A stretch of 60,419 bases of DNA from contig JACKFI010000010.1 of NCBI GenBank assembly GCA_020632555.1, positions 1-60,419 of the forward strand, read 5' to 3'. Below the pieces are notes generated by a model. The model saw nothing but the letters and a program-made list of their open reading frames with translations. It was not told where the DNA came from and searched no databases. This document shows, piece after piece, positions 54,582 to 60,419 of this stretch (its first letter is position 1; each line of letters starts with the position of its first letter). The DNA is from Candidatus Omnitrophota bacterium. GTDB taxonomy: Bacteria > Omnitrophota > Gorgyraeia > Zapsychrales > JANLHA01. The translations under genes were made by a program, and so were the position numbers.

Positions 54582-56810
54582 TTATTTTTTTCTTTTTTCC
54601 CAAAACAAAACCAGCGGCGCGGCAACATAAATGCTGGAATAAACGCCGGTCGCAAACCCAATAAGCAAGCACAGTGAAAAGGCGTGCAAAACTTCCCCGC
54701 CGTACATAAATAGCGGAATAACGACCAGAAAAACAGTCAGCGACGTTAATATTGTTCTGGCCAAGGTTTGGTTGATGCTCAGATTAATGATTTCTCGCAG
54801 ATCATAGCGTTTGGCTTTGCCCATGTTTTCACGAATTCGATCATAGACTATGATGGTGTCATTGATCGAGTAACCGGCAATGGTCAGCAAGGCGGTGACG
54901 ATGAGCAAATCAATTTGATAACCAAAAAACACCAACAGGCCTAAGCCGACCAAAACATCGTGCAAAAGCGCAATGACCGCCGCGATGGCAAAGTCCCAGT
55001 GTCTGAAACGATAAGCAATGTAGAGCAACATGCCCCCCATTGCATAAATAATCGCCAGAAACGCTTGTTGGCGAAGATGCTTTCCAACAATGGGGCCAAC
55101 TTTTTCGATACGCATTAATTTGTTGGGATTGTCTTTTAAATTTTCGTTTAAAGCTTTTTCAACGACATTAAACGTGTCGTCAGAGGTGCGAATAATAACG
55201 TTTTGCGGTGTTTGATCTAAACGTTGAATGACCGCTTCTTTAACATCAGCAGTTTTAAGAATTTCACGAATCGTTTCTGAGGTAATGGGTTTTTCAAAGT
55301 GATATTCTTGAATTTGTCCGCCAGCAAAATCAATACCGTAAGCGGACTCTTTTTTTGCGTTTAAGGCAATCAAGCCGCCAAGGGTAACAACCAATGATAG
55401 AATAAAACAAAAATAACGGATGCGAATAAAATCAAATTTTGTATTGGAAAAAATTCTCAACATGGGCAGACTTTTGATCCAATTAAAATGCAGGAAAATC
55501 ATCATGATCGTTCGGGTGACGTAGAGTGCTGTAAACATACTGGCCACCAGCCCCAGTGTCAAAGTGATGGCAAAGCCTTTGATCGGCCCCGAACCAAATT
55601 GAAAAAGCATCACGGCGGCGATAATGCTGGTGACATTCGAGTCCACAATGGCTCTTAGCGCGCGGGCATAGCCATTGGCGATGGCTGTCGAAAGTTGTTT
55701 GCCCAGTTCTAGTTCTTCGCGGATGCGTTCATTGATCAAAACATTGGCGTCAACGGCCATACCCAAGGTCAAAATAATACCGGCGATGCCCGGCAAAGTT
55801 AAGGTCACCGCTGATCCTCCAACCGAAGCATTGAGCAGTCCCAGTGTTCCCAAAACCAAGACGAGATTAAACATCAGCGCGATAACAGAAACCAGCCCGG
55901 CAAAAAGATAATAGATAATCATAAAAGCCAGAACCAATGCGAGTCCAATGATCGCGGATTTGATGCCGGCATCAATGGAATCTTTTCCTAAGAGTGGGCC
56001 GATGGTTCTTTCTTCTTCAACATGCATTGGTGCCGGCAGAGAACCCGACCGCAAAGATAAAGCCAAGAGTGACGCTTCATCAAAAGTAAATTGACCAGTG
56101 ATTTGCGCATGACCATCCAAAATAGCTTCGTTAATATTAGGGTAGGATTGAACAACATCATCTAAAACAATAGCTAATTGACGACCGACATTTTTACGGG
56201 TTAAATCGGCAAACTCTTTGGCCCCTTTGGCACTAAAGGTTAAGGAAATGTAGGATCCTGAAAATCCGGTTGAATCTATTTCAACTCGGGCATCTTTTAT
56301 TGCCTCGCCTTTCATGGAAGCTTTGGTTTCAACAAGAATAGGCATGTTTTTATCTTTTACTTTTTTTAAGGTATAGCCGTCGGGAATATTCCCATCCAAA
56401 GCTTGTTTGAGCATTTCGGGGGCATCATTGACTAATGAAAATTCCAATTGTGCCACCGTCCCGATAATGTGTAGTGCTTTTTCCCGGTCTGTGATTCCGG
56501 GTAGCTGGATGATAATCTGATTCTCCCCTTGTCGCTGAATAACCGTTTCACCAGCACCCAAACTATCAATACGGTTGCGTAAAATTTCAATGGCGCGAAC
56601 GACGGCGTCTTTTTTGGCTTCTTCGGGAAGTTTTTCTAAATCAACGTTAAGAACAAGATGCATACCGCCTTTAAGATCGAGGCCCAAATTGATGCGTTTC
56701 TCCAGCGGAAAGGCAAAATAAACAGACACGGCCAAGACAGCTAAAATGATCAGAATTCTTAATTGCAGTTTTTTGTTCATGCTCTCTTCCTTTATATATA
56801 AATTGACCAA
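54582..56810 (-). CDS. secDF: fused protein-export membrane protein SecDF
   Basis: 742 aa. The SecD part has GLDLKGGMHLVL and a periplasmic P1 domain plus 6 TM helices. The SecF part has GIDFAGG and a second TM bundle. Confidence 0.9.
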   Translation of the reverse strand: MVNLYIKEESMNKKLQLRILIILAVLAVSVYFAFPLEKRINLGLDLKGGMHLVLNVDLEKLPEEAKKDAVVRAIEILRNRIDSLGAGETVIQRQGENQIIIQLPGITDREKALHIIGTVAQLEFSLVNDAPEMLKQALDGNIPDGYTLKKVKDKNMPILVETKASMKGEAIKDARVEIDSTGFSGSYISLTFSAKGAKEFADLTRKNVGRQLAIVLDDVVQSYPNINEAILDGHAQITGQFTFDEASLLALSLRSGSLPAPMHVEEERTIGPLLGKDSIDAGIKSAIIGLALVLAFMIIYYLFAGLVSVIALMFNLVLVLGTLGLLNASVGGSAVTLTLPGIAGIILTLGMAVDANVLINERIREELELGKQLSTAIANGYARALRAIVDSNVTSIIAAVMLFQFGSGPIKGFAITLTLGLVASMFTALYVTRTIMMIFLHFNWIKSLPMLRIFSNTKFDFIRIRYFCFILSLVVTLGGLIALNAKKESAYGIDFAGGQIQEYHFEKPITSETIREILKTADVKEAVIQRLDQTPQNVIIRTSDDTFNVVEKALNENLKDNPNKLMRIEKVGPIVGKHLRQQAFLAIIYAMGGMLLYIAYRFRHWDFAIAAVIALLHDVLVGLGLLVFFGYQIDLLIVTALLTIAGYSINDTIIVYDRIRENMGKAKRYDLREIINLSINQTLARTILTSLTVFLVVIPLFMYGGEVLHAFSLCLLIGFATGVYSSIYVAAPLVLFWEKRKK

Positions 56811-56837
56811 GATGTTTTTGCAGATGAAAATATTTTC

Positions 56838-57125
56838 TTAATCTTTATTTTTTGCGTTAATGGTCGTAATGGCTTCGCGATCTACTTCGATTTTGACATT
56901 GTCATCAATACGCAAAATCAGTGTTTTTTCTTTGATGTTGACCACAGTGGCGTGAATTCCGCCGGCGGTGACAACTGTATCGTTTTTTTGTAATTTAGCG
57001 ATGCTTTGATTGTGCGCTTCTTTTTTCTTTTTTTCCGGTAAGAGGACGATAAAGTAAAAAATAAGTCCCATTAAAGCAAAAGGAATCATTTGATTTAAGG
57101 GATTGCCTGCTTGTGCTGGAACCAT
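56838..57125 (-). CDS. yajC: preprotein translocase subunit YajC
   Basis: One TM helix, then LPEKKKKEAHNQSIAKLQKNDTVVTAGGIHATV. 95 aa. Confidence 0.85.
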   Translation of the reverse strand: MVPAQAGNPLNQMIPFALMGLIFYFIVLLPEKKKKEAHNQSIAKLQKNDTVVTAGGIHATVVNIKEKTLILRIDDNVKIEVDREAITTINAKNKD

Positions 57126-57204
57126 ACGATTGTCCTCTCAATAGCTGTATTAAAAATGTTAAAAAATAATCTGTTTTGGGTTTTTGAATCCCGAGAACAA
57201 GAGA

Positions 57205-57462
57205 TTATTTGACTGCGGCTTTTTTATTTTTTTTAACCAATGATTTGACGGTGTCAGTCATTTGGGCGCCTTTGTCAATCCATGTTTGCAATTTATCTTC
57301 TTTGATGGACAGGGCGGCTGGCTTTTTAGCTGGATCGTAATAGCCAAGTGTTTCTAAATTGCGACCTTGACGTGCGGACGCGCGGCTGATGGCCACAATG
57401 CGGTAATTGTAACGTTTGCTGGCTGACTTGCCGGCTTTTTGTAAGCGAATACGAACTTCCAT
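57205..57462 (-). CDS. rpsP: 30S ribosomal protein S16
   Basis: VRIRLQKAGKSASKRYNYRIVAISRASARQGRNLETLGYYDP. 85 aa. Confidence 0.92.
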   Translation of the reverse strand: MEVRIRLQKAGKSASKRYNYRIVAISRASARQGRNLETLGYYDPAKKPAALSIKEDKLQTWIDKGAQMTDTVKSLVKKNKKAAVK

Positions 57463-57515
57463 TAAATGTGTTCCTTTCTCTACATTACCTGAGTTTGGGT
57501 TTTAGATAAGGCAGT

Positions 57516-57544
57516 AATATACTAAATTTTTGCCATTTTAGCAA
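57516..57544 (-). promoter_or_regulatory. candidate sigma-70 promoter for rpsP (TTGCTA-N17-TATATT)
   Basis: The minus strand reads TTGCTAaaatggcaaaaatttagTATATT, about 55 nt upstream of the rpsP ATG. An AGGA SD precedes the ATG. Confidence 0.4.
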
Positions 57545-57612
57545 ATTCTAATTTCTAAGCTGTGAAAAAAAATAATTTCTCCTTTATTCCTATTTTTTGG
57601 AGACAAAAATTC

Positions 57613-58005
57613 TTATCTGAGAAAAAGAAAGTAAAAGACAACCAGAATAATGATTAGCGGAGGAATAAAGATTAGTAATGTTCCAAGTGTGACAAATATA
57701 CTTCTTTGGGGGTTACTAGATGGTTGTTCATAAGGACTTGTTGCGGGATGTGGTTCTGCCACTCTGTTTAATTCGTCATTCGATAAAGGTTGATCAAGCG
57801 TTTCTAGAATGATTTTAGCTTGCTCAACATCGGTTTGTTTGACCAGCAAACGGTTATTGCCGGTTCCAAGACTCAAATGAGGTCGGTAACCGCCGCAGTC
57901 GTCGGCTGAAATCATGGACTCAATGCCATTGTCTTTGAGCAGTCCCTGAACAATTTGGGCTTCGTATTTATGGTAGAACGCGCGTATGGGGATCAATTCA
58001 CTCAT
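57613..58005 (-). CDS. DUF2007-like small protein with C-terminal TM anchor
   Basis: N-terminus IPIRAFYHKYEAQIVQGLLKDNGIESMI (pattern of the putative signal-transducing DUF2007 family). C-terminal TM helix LLIFIPPLIIILVVFYFLFL. Confidence 0.4.
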   Translation of the reverse strand: MSELIPIRAFYHKYEAQIVQGLLKDNGIESMISADDCGGYRPHLSLGTGNNRLLVKQTDVEQAKIILETLDQPLSNDELNRVAEPHPATSPYEQPSSNPQRSIFVTLGTLLIFIPPLIIILVVFYFLFLR

Positions 58006-58033
58006 AATTTTTGGAGTATAACATAACAGGTGT

Positions 58034-58223
58034 GTCTTTGCGAGCCCTGAAGGGGCGCGGCAATCTTGATTAAAAAGGATTGCTTCACTTCTTCGTCCAT
58101 AGGATTCACTTTGTTCGCAATGACACGATATTATGGATTCCCGCTAGGAGATTGCGGGAATGACAAACTTAGGTCATCCCCGAGTTCTTTTGGGATTCGT
58201 TACGGGAAGTTGTAAACGGGGAT
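58034..58223. repeat. array of four short palindromic modules between the DUF2007 gene and trpE
   Basis: Four modules: GTCTTTGCGA-GCCCTgaAGGGGC-GCGGCAATC (58034..58065), GATTGCTTC...TCGCAATGAC (58078..58124), GGATTCCCGC-taggagatt-GCGGGAATGAC (58135..58164) and ATCCCCG...CGGGGAT (58176..58223). The same module families occur at 14653..14949. Confidence 0.8.
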
Positions 58224-58227
58224 ATTT

Positions 58228-59751
58228 CTAAGCGAATTCTTTATGCGCTGCTTCGATAGCCAAAATTTGCGCGCGGGCCTTGTTCTGGGTTTCTTCAAAT
58301 TCTTTTTTAGGATTGGAATCGGCTACAATGCCGGCTCCCGCCTGAATATACGCCTTGCCGCCGGTGGCAACAATGGTGCGAATGGTGATGCAGGAGTCGA
58401 GATTTCCGGAAAAACTAAAATAACCAATGCATCCGGCGTAAGGGCCGCGACTGACATTTTCCAATTGATCAATGATTTCCATTGCGCGGATTTTGGGCGC
58501 GCCGGAAACCGTTCCCGCCGGAAAGGTTGCTTGCAAAACATCAAATGAATCCTGTCCTTTTTTTAACCGGCCTTTGACATTGCTAACAATGTGCATCACG
58601 TGTGAATATTTTTCAACAGACATAAATTCTGACAGCTTAATCGATCCTAATTGGCAAACGCGGCCCAAATCATTACGGCCTAAATCCACCAACATAATGT
58701 GTTCGGCTTGTTCCTTTGGGTCGGCCAACAAATCTTTAGCTAGCGCGGCGTCTTGTTTATCGTCCTTGCCCCGTTTACGGGTGCCGGCAATCGGGCGGGT
58801 TTCCACAATACCGTCTTCACAGCGCACCAATAATTCCGGCGAAGAACCGATGATTTGCACGTCGCCATAATGCAGATAATACATATATGGTGACGGATTG
58901 AGCGCGCGCAGCATGCGGTAAATGTGAAAAGGATCGGTGTTGAGCTTGACTGTGAATCTTTGGGACAAGACCACTTGAATAATATCTCCGGCGGTGATTT
59001 TTTTCTTTGCTTCTTGGACAATGCGGCAAAATTCTTTTTCGGTAAAGTTTGATTGAGCCGCGCAAATCGCGGGGCTCTTCTTTTCTCGTGTATCCGCAGT
59101 CAGTGGTTGTTTGAGCTCGACAGCTAATGCTTCGATTTTGGCTACGGCTTTTTTATACGCGGCTTTTTTTTGCGCCTGAGTTGCTTGTTTAGGAATTTCA
59201 ACGCAATGAACAACCTTGATGCGATGATTCAAGTGATCAAAAATAATTAAGGTTTTAGCCAAGACCAAAAGAATGTCAGGAAGCTTTAAATCATCCTCGG
59301 GTTTATTGGGGAGGTTTTCAAAAAACCGCACGCAATCATAACCCATATAGCCGACCATACCACCACAGAACCGAGGTAAGCCGGGGGTATTGACGAATTG
59401 ATACTGCGACATGATTTTGCGCAGCGTGGTCAAGGGTGTTTGTTTGATGGATTGTGTTTCAAACGTCGGAGTTTTTTTATTGAAACGGGTGATTTTTAAG
59501 GTATTGTCTTTGCTTTCAAAAACCAATTCCGGGTCTTTGGCCAAAAACGAATAGCGCGCGACCTTCTCTTCTCCCTCAACGGATTCCAACAGAAAAGAAA
59601 ATGAACTTTGACCAGCGTGCCGCTGATTATTGGTCAGTTTGTAGTAGGCCGAGACCGGCGAATCCAGGTCGCCTAAAATTTCTTTATAAATCGGAATCAG
59701 ATTACCCTTTTGACTTAACTTTAAAAATTCTTTTTCAGTTGGACAAATCAT
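58228..59751 (-). CDS. trpE: anthranilate synthase component I
   Basis: IPIYKEILGDLDSPVSAYYKL, FLLESVEGEEKVARYSF (Trp-regulatory LLES motif), GAGIVADSNPKKEFEET. Start set at 59751 (MICPTEKEF...), 4 nt after the upstream stop; the longest ORF reaches 59799. Confidence 0.88.
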   Translation of the reverse strand: MICPTEKEFLKLSQKGNLIPIYKEILGDLDSPVSAYYKLTNNQRHAGQSSFSFLLESVEGEEKVARYSFLAKDPELVFESKDNTLKITRFNKKTPTFETQSIKQTPLTTLRKIMSQYQFVNTPGLPRFCGGMVGYMGYDCVRFFENLPNKPEDDLKLPDILLVLAKTLIIFDHLNHRIKVVHCVEIPKQATQAQKKAAYKKAVAKIEALAVELKQPLTADTREKKSPAICAAQSNFTEKEFCRIVQEAKKKITAGDIIQVVLSQRFTVKLNTDPFHIYRMLRALNPSPYMYYLHYGDVQIIGSSPELLVRCEDGIVETRPIAGTRKRGKDDKQDAALAKDLLADPKEQAEHIMLVDLGRNDLGRVCQLGSIKLSEFMSVEKYSHVMHIVSNVKGRLKKGQDSFDVLQATFPAGTVSGAPKIRAMEIIDQLENVSRGPYAGCIGYFSFSGNLDSCITIRTIVATGGKAYIQAGAGIVADSNPKKEFEETQNKARAQILAIEAAHKEFA

Positions 59752-59755
59752 AGCT

Positions 59756-60097
59756 TTAAATATCAAAGGTTTTGTTGAAGTAAATATTGAGGTACACAAT
59801 TATAGCTGAAATCAAAAAACTTGTTAACCAGGACAGCGTAAATAATTTAAGCCAAGCCAAGAATCTTTGCGAAATTTGTTGATTACTGATTTTCGCGAAA
59901 TAATAGTATACGCTTAATCCGGCAAAACTTAAAACTAAGAATAAAGGAATAAATTCACGCACACGCGGGGACGCATACGCAATTGTGCGCAGAACAACAG
60001 CAAAAATATTTAAATCTGCTAAATATGTGTACAAAAAAACAGCGACGAGAACAAACAAAAACGCAATTCTTTGTAACGAAAGTTGTCGCTTAGCCAT
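59756..60097 (-). CDS. small integral membrane protein (hypothetical)
   Basis: 113 aa with three or four hydrophobic helices. It is tightly packed between hisI and trpE. Confidence 0.4.
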   Translation of the reverse strand: MAKRQLSLQRIAFLFVLVAVFLYTYLADLNIFAVVLRTIAYASPRVREFIPLFLVLSFAGLSVYYYFAKISNQQISQRFLAWLKLFTLSWLTSFLISAIIVYLNIYFNKTFDI

Positions 60098-60419
60098 TTT
60101 TGATTTCCCGATAAAAGCAACTGCGCTGCATGGTATGGCAAGCGAAACCGATTTGAATGACTTTGATTAAAAGTGTATCGCAGTCGCAATCATAATAAAT
60201 ATTTTTAACGGTTTGAAAATGGCCGGAGGTTTCGCCTTTGACCCAATATTTTTGACGAGAGCGCGACCAGAAGCAGGTCTTGCCGACTTTGAGTGTTTCC
60301 TTGAGTGAATCGAGATTCATGTAGGCCAGCATCAAAACTTCGCTGTTCTCAATATCCTGCACGATAGCGGGAATGAGTCCTTCTTTATTAAATTTAAGTT
60401 TGTCTAAATTTGCTGCCGT
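60090..60419 (-). CDS. hisI: phosphoribosyl-AMP cyclohydrolase, N-terminus at or beyond window edge
   Basis: [20 protein letters not shown]...[12 protein letters not shown]...CHT...SCFY (HisI zinc motif). The frame stays open upstream of the listed M to base 60419 (..[14 protein letters not shown]..). Confidence 0.85.
   Translation of the reverse strand, partial: TAANLDKLKFNKEGLIPAIVQDIENSEVLMLAYMNLDSLKETLKVGKTCFWSRSRQKYWVKGETSGHFQTVKNIYYDCDCDTLLIKVIQIGFACHTMQRSCFYREIKNG

Overview
AT-rich bacterial chromosomal segment of about 60.4 kb. About 50 genes are packed on the minus strand; only four coding genes are on the plus strand (IS transposase, recN, pfp, a PilZ gene). All family assignments are by-eye motif recognition on the supplied translations; no database search was possible. 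The housekeeping backbone is diderm-type: recN, pfp, queH, nnrD, acpS, pdxJ, cdaA, folP, ftsH, tilS, one tRNA-CAU, tsaD, ctpA, gatCAB, rsmA, pdxA, surA, mfd, secDF, yajC, rpsP, trpE, hisI. Four parts are non-routine. (1) 0.9-11.2 kb: a translationally coupled operon (secreted beta-sandwich protein, ECF sigma, soluble anti-sigma-like protein, membrane-anchored CHAT protease) lies just upstream of a 1793-aa secreted LamG-LamG-CBMlike-FN3-GH5-PKD protein. The same bipartite promoter-like motif, with identical spacing, precedes both the operon and the giant gene. I consider this the best candidate for an undescribed system: a protease-gated ECF sigma switch resembling the Csx29/Csx30/RpoE arm of type III-E CRISPR, but with no CRISPR components in the window. 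(2) 11.38-12.87 kb: a 1488-bp rve/DDE insertion sequence with imperfect terminal inverted repeats and a perfect 16-bp flanking direct repeat. (3) 16.3-30.5 kb: an envelope glycosylation island with a GtrB/ArnC-like polyprenyl-phosphate GT2, four large GT-C-like membrane proteins, RfbB, a DegT aminotransferase and three methyltransferases. (4) Several families of nested palindromic intergenic repeats, including a perfect 55-bp tandem duplication. Smaller oddities are a 634-aa mini-Mfd, a 32-codon CdaR-like ORF coupled to cdaA, a bactofilin fused to an excisionase-type HTH, and a PFK with PPi-type signature residues. No CRISPR array, rRNA or prophage was seen.
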